From Octopus vulgaris (lineage: Eukaryota): a stretch of 64,000 nt of DNA. The stretch's first letter is position 1. Every line of letters begins with the position of its first letter. Of the stretch, positions 40,634 to 53,872 are shown piece after piece. The stretch lies in NCBI GenBank assembly GCA_951406725.2, contig OX597837.1, forward strand, positions 4,774,001 through 4,838,000. Reading direction: 5' to 3'. Both the position numbers and the translations under genes were made by a program. The notes under the pieces were generated by a model. The model had not been told where the DNA came from, ran no database searches, and saw only the letters and a list, made by a program, of their open reading frames with translations.

Positions 40634-42193
40634 AGAAGGTTTGAAAATGCAATTTAAAAGATGTTTATTTACTTAACCGGTTTCACCCTTTGGAAAAAGA
40701 TTGTCAAAAGTAACAGAATATTATGAATTCAAAAAAGTTTTTTTACATAATTGCCACATAACATGTATATATACAGTCTTTGGTAACAGGGACATGTTAA
40801 GGATATAAAGAAGTACAACAGTGTGATGAGAATATTTGAAAAAATGAGCAGAAAAGAATAAAACAAATATATTATTGGAAGTTTGGTTGCGTTAATTATT
40901 GGTTGTTGCAAATTGCCACATTACATGTATATAAACAGTCTTTGGTAACAAGGACATGCTAATGACATAAGAAAGTACAACAGTATGATGAGAATATTTG
41001 AAAAAATGGGCAGAAAAGATTAAAATGAATATATTATACATCTCAGGGTCATTACAGAATTACAGAATATTATGAATTCAAGTCTGTTTGTCAAGTGTGT
41101 GTGGTTGTCATGGTGTTGTGTGTGCGTGTGTGCGCGCGTGTGCGTGTGCGCGTGCGCGTGTACGCACGCATGAGTGTGGATGGCATTTGACATGGTGCTG
41201 CGTGTGTATATATGTGCCTGTATATATATATATATGTGTGTATATATGCGCACGGGCGGGCACGCATATATACACACACCATCCTACCCCAAAAAATTCT
41301 TTAAACAACACACATCTATTTTCGCCACCCTGGAACCATTCAAAAACAGCCCCCACACACACGCAGACGCTTGTATACGTGTGTGCGCACGCACACAGGG
41401 GCACGCACACTCACACCAGTCTCACCTCCATACAGGTACATATATACACACGCAGCACCATGTCAAATGCCATCCACACTCATGCGTGCGTACACGCGCA
41501 CGCGCACGCGCGCACACACGCACACACAACACCATGACAACCACACACACTTGACAAACAGACGCCATCTGACCAAATACTACAGACACACAGACACATC
41601 TATTCACACACACGCAGAGAGACACATATATTCACCTCATCCTAACCCCAAAATCATTGATGCTTGAAGGAAAACCAAAAACAGAAAAAAACGGGTACAT
41701 CTTTCTCAATTCAACATTTCTGCTAAAACGGACAGGTCAGTAAACAAACTCGCCTTGAATTCATAATATTCTGTAATGACCCTGAGATGTATAATATATT
41801 CATTTTAATCTTTTCTGCCCATTTTTTCAAATATTCTCATCATACTGTTGTACTTTCTTATGTCATTAGCATGTCCTTGTTACCAAAGACTGTTTATATA
41901 CATGTAATGTGGCAATTTGCAACAACCAATAATTAACGCAACCAAACTTCCAATAATATATTTGTTTTCTTCTTTTCTGCCCATTTTTCAAATATTCTCA
42001 TCACACTGTTGTACTTCTTTATGTCCTTAACATGTCCCTGTTACCAAAGACTGTATATGTTATGTGGCAATTATGTAAAAAAACTTTTTTGAATTCATAA
42101 TATTCTATGTTACTTTTGACAATCTTTTTCCAAAGAGTGAAACCGGTTAAGTAAATAAACATCTTTTAAATTGCATTTTCAAACCTTCTTTCG
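40631..42193. mobile_element. 1.56-kb fold-back element, family H3, with two inverted hammerheads (40669-40713 minus, 42110-42154 plus)
   Basis: Arms are 40631-41081 / 41755-42193 and 41082-41223 / 41430-41562. Motif: ttactt-TTGACAA-TCTTT-ttcc-AAAGA-gt-GAAAC-CG-GTT-aagtaa. Confidence 0.8.
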
Positions 42194-42235
42194 TATATAA
42201 TTCCACTCGTGCGATACCCCACAACTCAACTTTGT

Positions 42236-42316
<81 letters not shown>

Positions 42317-42684
42317 GGTGAAGCTGTCAGGGAAAATAGAACTCAAATCATGAGTGTATGTATAATATTTAGCAGAAGTAACAGAGTGACTCTCGGCCCT
42401 TGTGTCACTCTGTCGGCTCTGATATATATATATATATATATTGTAGAAATATGTTATAAAAAGAAAATATAAGATACACGTAAGGGTAAAATATGAAAGA
42501 TCAACGAAAATGCACATTGCAAATAAAAAAGGCTATTTATGACAGGTAGTGACACATATATACATTAAGATTGACTGAGGAAGTAATACGAGTCATAAAA
42601 GTCATTATTATGAGATGATTATAAGATGATAATAAAGTAAGAGAACAAAACGGACCATGGTTTACGCAATGTATTCATCGTTTG

Positions 42685-42716
<32 letters not shown>

Positions 42717-42719
42717 CAT

Positions 42720-42935
42720 GTTTGTGTGCTTGTGTTTGCCCTCCCCCCCCAACATCGCTTGACAACCGATGCTGGTGTGTTTACGTCCCCGTAACTTAGC
42801 AGTCCGGCAACAGAGTCCGAAAGAATAAGTACTAGGCTTACAAAAATAAGTCTTGGGGGTCGATTTGCTCGACTAAAGGCAGTGCTCCAGTATGGCCACA
42901 GTCAAATGACGGAAACAAGTAAAATAGTAAAAGAG
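42720..42935 (+). mobile_element. SINE family A tail (a family A head lies at 40388-40555)
   Basis: Homologous to 763-960. Confidence 0.85.
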
Positions 42936-43648
42936 TATAGTTGAAGGAACTCCGAGGGCTCTTCGAACGATATTTGTTCTGCACCGACTTCCAAATAATC
43001 CCTCCTCGCTACCAACGTAGCGAATTATATAGATCGATCCGTTGTGAACCAGTTTACCAGTTACCAACAACGCTATGGCTCATTATCGATTCTTATATCA
43101 TAAATAAAACACAAATAAATACTAAAAAGTCGACTCTGTGTAAATGCGAAAGCAGATATTGACCTAACATCTACATTTATCTTTCGTCGTCTTCTCTGTG
43201 TTTGTTAACATCACATGTCATCACCTTCCCTTATCATTTACGATTTAAAAACCAGGCAACACTAGAACTTGGAAAGAAAACATTAGTAGTATCTTGTTTT
43301 ATCGTGTTAAAAGTATACGTCTCTCTTTTATTTTGTTAGGGTTTCTCTTCTGTATAATCATCAGAAATATATTTTACTGCGCTGAGCAGATTTAAGAGGG
43401 AATAAAAATTGTATCTAGGTTCCCATGTGAACCAACAGTGGGATTTGTTTAATGCTTGAAAAATTAATGTTAAAGCTATTTGGATAAGTAATCTATGCTA
43501 GCGTGTGTTTGTATAATCTTACTGAAAAAGTTCTATCGAATGCCATGTAGTGTTATAGCCATATTTAGATTGAGTGCGCATCGAAAAATATTGTGACAGT
43601 ACAGATGAAAAAACATACTGCCATATATTGTATGGCTTTATATATACA

Positions 43649-43697
<49 letters not shown>

Positions 43698-44055
43698 GGA
43701 GGCGCAATGGCCCAGTGGTTAGGGGACAGTAGACTCGCGGTTTCGATTCCCAGACCGGACGTTGTGTATGTTTATTGAGCGAAAACACATAAAAAAGCTC
43801 CACGAAGTTCCGGCAGGTGGTGGTGGCGACCCCTGTTGTACTCTTTCGCCACAACTTTCTCTCACTCTTTCTTCCTGTTTCTGTTGTATCTGTATTTCAA
43901 AGGACCAGTCTTGTCACGCTGAATCTCTCCGAGAACTACGTTAAGGGTACACGTGTCTGTGGAGTGCTCAGCCACTTTCACGTTCATTTCACGAGCAGGT
44001 TGTTCCGTTGGTCAGATCAAATGGAACCCTCGTCGTCGTAACCGACGGAGTACCA
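43698..44055 (+). mobile_element. SINE family C
   Basis: Homologous to 23171-23558. Confidence 0.85.
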
Positions 44056-44311
44056 CGATGCGGAAAGTGAATAGAGGCTGACTTATTTTATGGGAGGGCG
44101 CATGGCTTAGTGGTTAGGGCATTCCACTCACGATTGTAAGGTCGTGAGTTCAATTCCCGGCGACGCGTTATGTCCTTGAGTAAGACACATATGAGAAGGA
44201 CTGTCTTGTTTTGTTTTTACTGTCCTGTTCTTGTTACCATGTTTACCCATCCGCAAAAAATAGCAAATTTTATTTAACTTGCTTTGCGGGAAGGACTGTT
44301 TCAACGAAGTT

Positions 44312-44371
44312 GCGTCTTGTCCTTACCATCGAAATGCGGAGCAGACAAATCAGGGACAGCTGAAGAAGGGG
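44312..44371 (+). ncRNA. Putative non-circularly permuted hammerhead (family P2 element, about 44190-44510)
   Basis: GCG-TC|TTGTCCT-taCCaTC-GAAA-TGC-linker-GGGACAG-CTGAAGA-a-GGGG. Confidence 0.55.
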
Positions 44372-44579
44372 AATATTCCTTGTGTTGTATGTCTTGTACT
44401 CTATTTTTTCGTTCTTTGAAAAAAAGTTCGTTACCATGTTTTTGTTTTTATATTTTCATTTCTCATTGTGTTCAACTTTTTTTTTTGGTGTCCTGTACCC
44501 ATATATGCATGTATGTATACATGAATATGTAGGTATGTACATATATGTATGTATATGTGCATATATGTGCATACATTTG

Positions 44580-44616
<37 letters not shown>

Positions 44617-45443
44617 CATATATTATATATATATGTATGTATGTGTGTATGTATGTGAAGGCGCGTGGTTCAGTGGTTAGAACGTCGAGTGATGTGTACC
44701 CCGAAAGGGAATCTCTTAGGTGCAACCATGGTCATTCGTGACCGATGGAGTCAAGTTTTTATATGTATGTGTGTGTGTGTCTGTGTGTGTAGTGCAATAA
44801 GCGGCTAAATCTAAACGACATTTTAAAAGAAAAAGATATGTTAAAATGAATGTATGGATATACTTTCTGAACACGAACTCGTGTTCCTGACTATCTTTCA
44901 TTACAAAAAAAAAAGTTTAAAACATAGTTAATAGTGGAGGATAGAGTTTGAGAACGAAAAGGTAGACGGAGTATACCCCCTTTACACGCATAATCAGAAA
45001 GACAAACAAAAAAATATAAATGCTGACGACATATCTATGAATATTTTATGACCCAGCTGTCTGGAAAACTGAGAGAGATATTTGCAATCTCCGACATTAA
45101 TTGTAAAAGTTTTATATCATTAATCAACTTGCCTAAAAACGCCTGCACAGGATATATTTTTTGTGAGAACTATTTTAGCACACGGTTCGATAAATATGAA
45201 AATAATTATATGCGGAGAAGAGATATTAAATTGAAATAGAATGACGGAGAAGAAAAACGAGAAACCTGAAAATGAATCCTGAAGATATATATATATATAT
45301 ACACAGTTATACCTCACTTTACGAGTGCCCGGTGTACCAGACTCCGCTTTTACGAACTTTTTGCGAGTTTTGCTTTCTGTTTGTGAGTTTTCGTTTTGCG
45401 AGCGTTCTCCAGGAACGAATTAGGTCGTATATCGAAGTATTAC

Positions 45444-45554
<111 letters not shown>

Positions 45555-45719
45555 TTATATATATATAAATATATTTATGTATGATTGGTCCCAGGGTTTA
45601 TTGTGGTGTATGTAAATGTGTCTGTGTGTGTTTAATATTTGGTAGGATGGTGTGTGTATATGTGTGCACGTTTGTAAACTAAATATATCTCTTTCAGTGA
45701 ATATATATATATATATATA

Positions 45720-46156
45720 TACTACCAAAATATGACCTTTTTGAACTTATAATTTTCTGTGTATATATATATAGATACTTCCAAACTAACATGAGTTTTA
45801 ATGAAATCCTAATAGGTTTTATGAATTTGTTAATAATTTCTCAAAAAAATTTTTTCTTCAAACTGTTTTTAACATATTCTTATTATTATTATCAAAGAAT
45901 GTATATATGTATTGTAATATTTTGTGCCCAATATTTTAATGAACTTTTTTATATTTTCTCAACATTTTTCCTTGTAGACTGTTTTTAACATGTTCTTATT
46001 ATTATCAAAGAATTTATATGTGTATTGTAATATTTTGTGACAACCAGTACCTAACACAACAACGCTTTTACATTTTACTTTTGACAATTTTTTCCTAAAA
46101 AAGTGAAACCGGTCAAGTGAATAAACCTCTTTTAAAATTGCATTTTCAAATCTTCA

Positions 46157-46160
<4 letters not shown>
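45720..46160 (+). mobile_element. Family H3-related element with hammerhead 46075-46120
   Basis: ttactt-TTGACAA-TTTTT..AAAAA-gt-GAAAC-CG-GTC-aagtga. The 3' end matches 42150-42193 and abuts (TA)n. Confidence 0.7.
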
Positions 46161-46231
<71 letters not shown>

Positions 46232-46236
<5 letters not shown>

Positions 46237-47109
46237 TAATCCAAACAAGAAAACAAAAAAGCAACAACGCAAGGATGTGGAACAAATAAAGTATTATTGG
46301 ACGCTCAGGAAAGAAGGGAAGAAGGAGGGTTTGACGTTTCGAGCGGAGCTCTTCGTCGGATACATAGGAGAAAGAAACATCCCGAGACGGGAGGACAGAG
46401 GGAAAAAAATAGCAGGTAGTCTACACGAGGTCACATACTAAAAAGACGGAAGTGTCAAAAGGAAGGAAAAGTGTTTTTTTAAAAACAAAAGAGCTGAATC
46501 AGAGAAGGAATGGTAAAAATGGTGTGCGAGATGACAAGGGTGTGTGTGTGGGTGTGTGCGTGTGTGTGTATGTGTGTGTATGGTGGACGATGGCTAGTGG
46601 CAAGCAGTAGTGGAATGGTGGACGATGGCTGGTAGCAGGCAGTAGGGAATTAAGGAGTGGGTGGGGGTACCCTAGCAAGTCAGAAAGGCAGGTCAGAAAC
46701 AGGGAGGTATGTGTGTGTGCGTGTATATGTATCGTGTGTGTGTTTTGTTGTAGTATGTGTGTGCGTTTTTTTGTGTGTATGGCGAGTAACTGTGCTTAGA
46801 CTTAGTGTATGTATGCGTGTGTGCTTGTACGTGCGTGTGTGTGTATATATACGTATGATTGTGTGCGAGTGTGCGTATGTATGTGTGTGTCTGTGCTTAT
46901 ATGTGTGTACGTATGTGTATGTGTGCGTGCGCGTGGAGGTATATGTTGTGTGTATGTATATATGTCGGTGTGTATGTGAATTAGTGTGTTTGTACGTGTG
47001 TATGTGTGTGTGCGTGTATTGTATATATATGTAAATGTGTGTGTGTACGTGCGTGGGAGTGAATGTATGTATGTGTGTGTGTGTGTACAAATGTGTGTTT
47101 ATATGTTTG

Positions 47110-47178
<69 letters not shown>

Positions 47179-47513
47179 GTATGTATGTGTGTATATATAT
47201 GCATGCAAGGACACACTTCGCAACTGAAAGATAGATGGAAAAGACTATCGCGGTGCGGGCGCATGCGAAACTACAGGCACACACGCACACGCCCAGACGC
47301 GGGCCCGAAATAAAGCCAGACCCTAAAGGCATGCGTGCATGCATGAATGTATGTGTGCGTGCGCGCGCATGCATGTGTCTGAGTGTGCATGCGAGTGTGT
47401 ATGTAGGTGTGTGTGTATGTATGTATGTGTGAGTGTGTATGTGTGTATGTCTGTGTGTATGTATGTCCGTATGAGTGTATGTAAGTATGTGTGTGTGTAT
47501 ATGTGTATGTGTA

Positions 47514-47520
<7 letters not shown>
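46232..47520 (-). mobile_element. Family H2 element with a long CA-rich body (hammerhead 46329-46363); 5' limit uncertain
   Basis: CCGACGA-a-GAGC-tcc-GCTC-GAAAC-GTC-aaac. The 3' 200 bp match 16733-16935. Confidence 0.65.
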
Positions 47521-47554
<34 letters not shown>

Positions 47555-47556
<2 letters not shown>

Positions 47557-47603
47557 TGAAACCGGTCAAGTGAATAAACATCTTTTAAAATTGCATTTTC
47601 AAA

Positions 47604-47648
<45 letters not shown>

Positions 47649-48449
47649 AATATAAAAAAAGGGGAACCAAGAAGTGGACCGAAACGACGAATCGGAACGA
47701 ACCTGATGCGGGCCGCTGTCAGACAATAAGGAGATAAATAAAAATATATATGCATACATACAAACATATATGTACGTACCTACATCTACATATATATATA
47801 CATGCATATATAAATAATTATACGGGAGTACAGGACATCACAATAAGACGTAGAAACGGAAAAAAACAAAATACAAAAAACGAGAAAACGGAAAACGAAA
47901 AACAAGAAAACGAAAAACAAATACAGGACGGGCTACACACGTCTTCTCGTTTTGTAACTAATTGTATTTTTTGTACATGTATTTTTATTTTTGCAGTTTT
48001 ATCGTTTGTCTATGCCAGAAAAAAGGCTTTTTCGTTCGTCCTCTTGTGTTTGTTTTTGTACATGTATTTTAATTTTGCAGTCTTATTGTTACGTCTTGTT
48101 TGTGTTCGTACTCATTTTGCCCCGCTGCTTGGAATTTTATTTTAATTCTCTCGCAGGAAGGCCTATTGGATTAGTGTTCTGTCTTGCCTTCGAAACATGC
48201 CTGACTCCTCTAGCGACAGCTGATGACGGGGGTTTTGTCCTTGTGTAGCCCGTCCTGTATTTGTTTTTCGTTTTCTTGTTTTTCGTTTTCCGTTTTCTCG
48301 TTTTTTGTTTTTTGTTTTTTTCCGTTTCTACGTCTTATTGTGATGTCCTGTACTCCCGTATAATTATTTATATATGCATGTATATATACATGTAGATGTA
48401 GGTACGTACATATATGTTTGTATGTATGCATATATATTTTTATTTATCT

Positions 48450-48490
<41 letters not shown>

Positions 48491-48555
48491 TGAAGGTTTG
48501 AAAATGCAATTTTAAAAGATGTTTATTCACTTTTCAAGATAGATAGACCGGTTTC

Positions 48556-48557
<2 letters not shown>
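47555..48557. repeat. Nested inverted structure of about 1 kb
   Basis: Outer arms 47555-47605 / 48496-48557 (H3 3' stubs), TA arrays, and inner arms 47729-47938 / 48243-48452. Confidence 0.85.
48174..48232 (+). ncRNA. Putative non-circularly permuted hammerhead (family P2)
   Basis: GTG-TT|CTGTC-ttg-CCTTC-GAAA-CAT-linker-GACAG-CTGATGA-c-GGGGG. Confidence 0.6.
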
Positions 48558-48598
<41 letters not shown>

Positions 48599-48860
48599 GT
48601 AGGTAGGTAGGTAGGTAGGTAGGTAGGTAGGTAGGTAGGTAGGTAGGTAGATGGGTGGGTTGGAGGATGGATGGATGGATGGATAGGTTGGTAGGTAGGT
48701 AGGTGGGTAGATAGAAAGATAGATCGATAGATAGATAGATCGATAGATAGACAGACAGACAGACAGATAGATATTCATAATTTCGTTAACCTCACCGTGA
48801 ACGTTTTAGGTCATACGGTTGGGTGTGTGTGTATGTGTATTATATATATATGTGTGTGTG

Positions 48861-48906
<46 letters not shown>

Positions 48907-49680
48907 TGTGTGTGTGTGTGAGTTTGTGTGTGTGTGTGTGTGAGTTTGTGTGTGTGGTTTACTTATGTCTCTGTAACATAACGTTTCAGCGACAAGGGTG
49001 TGATAGAATAAGTTCTAAATTTAAAACAAGTACTTAGTCCCGACTTCTTTTGACTAAGGCGGTGTCCCAGCATGGCCGCAGTCCAATGACAGTTAATTAC
49101 TACGGGAACAAAACTTCGCTTATTTCTTTAAATGCATTTTTTTTTTCAGCCAATGAAAATAGATCTAAGTATTTTGTGCTGCATTATCGACATAAAATAC
49201 AACCAAAATAAATATTTATATTCTTTTACCTATAAACAAGCAAGCATTAGATTTCTTTTCCTCCGAGCAAATATAATAATTTTGTGAAAATATTTATTTA
49301 ATTACCTCCCCTTTTCTTTCAGAAGAAAATTTAAATTAATTAAGAATTTGTTTGCTTAATAATTAATAGTAGAGATATTTTTTCTCTGCGGGGGCAAACA
49401 GTGCAACTCATTAATCAAATTGCAAAATCCGTAAATAGTTATAAGCTTATAAGCAACTGTTTGTCTCTCATAGTCTTAAATAATCTCCTTATCCGTTGCT
49501 CATCTGTCAAGACGCCATAAGAGATTAGAGTTTATATTGTTAGGCATATCCAACCTAGATACGATATATGATGGCCTCATAAAGCTTCTACACCTGCAAC
49601 CAGTTTATCAGTTTCTAGGATATACGAATATGTGCGTTCCTGTGTGCATGGACGTATATATGAATATCCATATATATGTG

Positions 49681-49718
<38 letters not shown>

Positions 49719-49734
49719 TATCCATATATATGTG

Positions 49735-49800
<66 letters not shown>

Positions 49801-49802
<2 letters not shown>

Positions 49803-50008
49803 CCATGTTGATTCGCTAGCTTCTGCACGCATTTTTTTCCTTCCTTGTTTCTCTCCGTGTTTCTTTTCTGTGTATCTTTCTGTTGAAGAGCGTAGGCTCG
49901 AAACGTAAAAGAGTTGTTTTATTTATATTCCTGAGCGCCATACTAATACAATTGTTTGTTTGTATTCCACCTGCCTTCGTCTTTTGTTTATTTTCATAAA
50001 GCTTCCCG

Positions 50009-50010
<2 letters not shown>
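49801..50010 (+). mobile_element. Family H1 element between (TA)n arrays (hammerhead 49875-49912)
   Basis: tcttt-CTGTTGA-a-GAGC-gtag-GCTC-GAAAC-GTA-aaaga. Confidence 0.75.
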
Positions 50011-50046
<36 letters not shown>

Positions 50047-50256
50047 TGGTTTTCATCCAAATGGTGGCTGCCCCCTCCTTATCGGGTATGGCCTTGCACG
50101 AAGCTTAATCAATGTTGTTATCGCGCAATGCCTGTGCAAGAATATTTTTTAAAGTGAGGAAAGGCTGTGCACTGAGTCAATCCCACTCACTAAGCAACAG
50201 CAGCCATAATCCGAAAAGAAGAACAAGTCAACATCATCGGTAACCACTGAGCCGCA

Positions 50257-50372
50257 GGTTCCCAACCACATGGTTCCCAACCACATGGTTCCCAACCACA
50301 TGGTTCCGGGTTCAGTTCCACTGCGTGGCACCTTAGGAAAGTGCTTTCTACTATTGACAGACGGAGCCCGTC
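50257..50372 (+). mobile_element. SINE A head fragment with a 15-bp triplication (GGTTCCCAACCACAT x3)
   Basis: Read directly from the sequence. Confidence 0.75.
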
Positions 50373-50501
50373 ACATATATATATATATATGCATGTCTGT
50401 CTGTCTGTCTGTATGTATGTATGTATGTATGTATGTATGTATGTATGTATGTATGTATGTATGTATGTATGTGTGTATGTATGTGTGTATGTATATATAT
50501 G

Positions 50502-50538
<37 letters not shown>

Positions 50539-50689
50539 TATATATATATATATATACAACGGGTCAATCAACATTTGACCGAATTATGTACCACTCTACA
50601 ATTGGAAAATCCTCCTACTGACGATACATAAGATACAACCTCCAACTCGTTAAGCAATCAATTAAGAATTGCATTATACATTTCTGAAA

Positions 50690-51760
50690 CGTGAAACTTA
50701 AAACCAGAACATTTTCTTTCTGGAATATGATGCAAAGTAGAGCTGCTGCAGTGTTTTAGGATTGGATCATGGATAATGACTACAAAATATAATTGTTTAC
50801 ATGAAGGCAAAACCTCTTGTCAGAAAACAGCCATATAAATTCTATTTTATTCAATAGCAAAAAGTGGGCAATTTTTTCGGTGAGAAGTATGATAGGTACG
50901 TTCAAAAATGGCAATATAATACTTACTTGAAAAATCAGAGTTGAAGGAATGTGTTTCCTACATATTTACAGTGTACGACCACTCTGAAATTAACTTGCAG
51001 ATGACGACAAATGAAGACGTTCAGAGTTTGACTTCAGTTCACGAATACAGCTTTGAATTTTTAGCAGTTCGCAATGAGATAATATAATAGCTACTCGGGA
51101 AAGTAGAGTTAAAGGTACGACCACTCTGAAATTGACTTCAGGTAACGAAAAATGAAAACATGAAAATTTTGACTTTGAATCTCTAGCACTTTGCAGTGAA
51201 AAATGTTGCGTTGTAAAGCAAATAATTCATCAAAAAATGTGAAAACAGCTAAAAAAAAATTCTGTAATGCAGATACACGACCATATAGATTTAAAAAGTA
51301 TGGAAAACAGTCAAAATAAAAAAAATCCTTTCACTTTTCTAATACTCTCTCACCAAAACACTCAAACACACAATACATACCAATACTTATTTTTAAATAT
51401 ATTGACAGAATGTAATAATACAAAATTACAACACATAAACAAATAATAAATCAAAATGTATGAAAACCGCTAAAAAAATATTCTCTAATACCAATTTACG
51501 ACCAGAAAGATTTAATAAGTATAGAAACTACATACAAAATAATTATGTACATACAACGAATTAGAGAAAACCTGTGTAAACCACCATTTTCCCGTTTTTT
51601 TTTCCATTTACGCAAGAGCTCTGGGAGGAAATATTATAGTGCATGACAATCCTTGGGACATAAGTAATGTGTGTGTAAAGTTTGGTGAAAATCAGTTGAG
51701 AAGTGTAGAAATGTATGCGTTAGTTAATATTCACATACATGATGTGACTTACATATACTG
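50690..51760. mobile_element. Unclassified degenerate repeat, possibly Helitron/Helentron-derived
   Basis: Internal duplication of GTACGACCACTCTGAAATT (about 50973 and 51115). TGTGTAAAGTTTGGTGAAAATC resembles a motif in invertebrate non-autonomous Helitron-like repeats (from memory). Confidence 0.25.
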
Positions 51761-52580
51761 AATTAGAAAGAAAAAAGAGCATATATAAGTGTATATATAA
51801 GCATACATACATACGTATGAGTGTGTGCAGAAAGAGAGAAATAATCAGAGAAATTTAAGCTAAAAGCAACGAGCAAAATTTACCCCTAACACTTTTATTT
51901 TTGTTCATAAGATTTCGGTATTTTTTTCTGTTAAAGTACGTATGTCTTTCTATTCCTCTACAACAACAAAAACACCCAAAAAACAATGATTCTTTCAATT
52001 TTTCTATAAAGTATACTAGAAGCGAATCTAAATAACCAATTTTAATTCCAGCAATCAATACTTAAATGGCTCCCAAATTTCTATTATCGCCACAAATCAT
52101 CCAAAACTTCATTGTTTGTTCATGTGAAAACTCTAGCGAATACAATGTTTTCTAATGATGTATATAATTACTACAGGTACACTATCACCTGGTTATTAGC
52201 CATTGTTAACCTGCAGATGGTTTCTTGCCATCGTTATTAAATGTTCGACGATCGGTTTATTTTCGGTAACGTCCTTATGATAAGGTTTTTAGTTTTGTGT
52301 GTGTGTGTGCGTGTGTACATGTGCATGTTTGTGTGTGCATGTGTGCGTGTGTGTTATTGTGTGCACGAGGCGTTGTTATGTATGTGTACGCGTGTGCGTG
52401 CATGTGTTATGACTAATTATGTACATATATATAAAAATATTTAGATAAGTGTATATTTATGTGTGTGTATGCATGTATATATGTATGTATGGATATTTAT
52501 ACACATATTTTTCACACACAAGCATATACATATATATATATATATATACACGCATACATATACATATACATATATATATG

Positions 52581-52644
<64 letters not shown>

Positions 52645-52731
52645 TAGCTATAGATAGACGGACAGACAGAAGACCGGCAGGCCGGCAGGCCGGCAGGCAG
52701 ACAGACAGATATGTATATGGATGGATAGATT

Positions 52732-52784
<53 letters not shown>

Positions 52785-53487
52785 GTGACAAAAGAACAAC
52801 AATTTATATAATGAACTTCATTAGCTTACAGCTGTTTCCGCTCTAATATATAATGCGTGTCGCTGCTATAAGCATATATATTTCCGCAGAATTTAATCTA
52901 CGCCTGGTGCTTTAATAAAAGACAATTACCTTACAAAATTTCATTGATTTAAAGAATAATGGGAGTTTTATCAAGAGCTGCGTTGATAGGAATCGAAACC
53001 AGATTTGCATTAAAAACCCTTATATATTTGGACGGTCTTTTCAGAGCATTTTGAAAGTATACAGCTCCTATTTTTCATGAATTGCTTTCATGTTTTGTCA
53101 GTTATAAATACATTTCCATTTGCTCTGAGAGCGAATGAAATACCCACGCGAGATTCGTAACAGATTATACATAAAATTTTTATGCATTATCATTTTTTGT
53201 ATCAACTTACATCGATGTCGTTTGAGCTCTTTTTTCAAGGCACATGAATCTTATGAATCTTCATGAATCTTATTTCGTTATTTTCTGCGGAGCATTTGAC
53301 CTTATCGACGATCTGTGTTACTGCATATATCTTATCCTTTTTTCCGAATCCAAAGAATCTCCTTCGTGTTCTGTAAGTTATAATGTGTGTGAATGTGTCT
53401 GCATAACTTTTAAGTGGTTTGTGTTATTTTGTGCATATTTTTGCATATAATGGCGGCTTGTTAAGTGTGTGTGTGAGAAATAGTATA

Positions 53488-53553
53488 GCAATCTCAAGAT
53501 TAATCAGCCGAAATTGCGAGGATGATCCGGTTCTTGACTGAAGATTGAAGGCT
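53488..53553 (+). ncRNA. Putative non-circularly permuted hammerhead (family P1 element to about 53628)
   Basis: GCAA-TC|TCAAGA-ttaatc-AGCC-GAAA-TTGC-linker-TCTTGA-CTGAAGA-ttgaa-GGCT. Stems III (5 bp) and I (6 bp) are perfect. Confidence 0.65.
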
Positions 53554-53626
53554 TCGAATGTCCCGTCCGTGTTTTTTGTATCGTCTTCTAAATGTTTTGC
53601 GTTCTTGTCCCAGATTGTATTTTTTT

Positions 53627-53685
<59 letters not shown>

Positions 53686-53792
53686 GAAATGTAATAAAAG
53701 GCTCCCAAATAAGGAAGCTTAGTGCTAGAGACACAAAGAGGGATAAATTCATGGAGAGAATGAAGATCAAAAACATTTACCATTAACGATAT

Positions 53793-53872
53793 ATCCCGGA
53801 CTGATCAGTTTCTACCTCTTTCTAGCGAAACAGACAGAATATGTTTGCAAAGGCAAGGTTCGTCAGCGGGAC
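53793..53872 (-). ncRNA. Type I hammerhead with extended stem II, about 107 nt from (TA)n
   Basis: gtcccg-CTGACGA-ACCT...AGGT-a-GAAA-CTGATCAG-TC-cgggat. Stem I is 6 bp; stem III is palindromic. Confidence 0.8.

Noticed and set aside
47668-47716. GGACC-GAAA...CTGATGC-GGGCC as a fifth permuted or type II hammerhead
   Set aside because: A9 is missing and no stem I or UH pairing was found.
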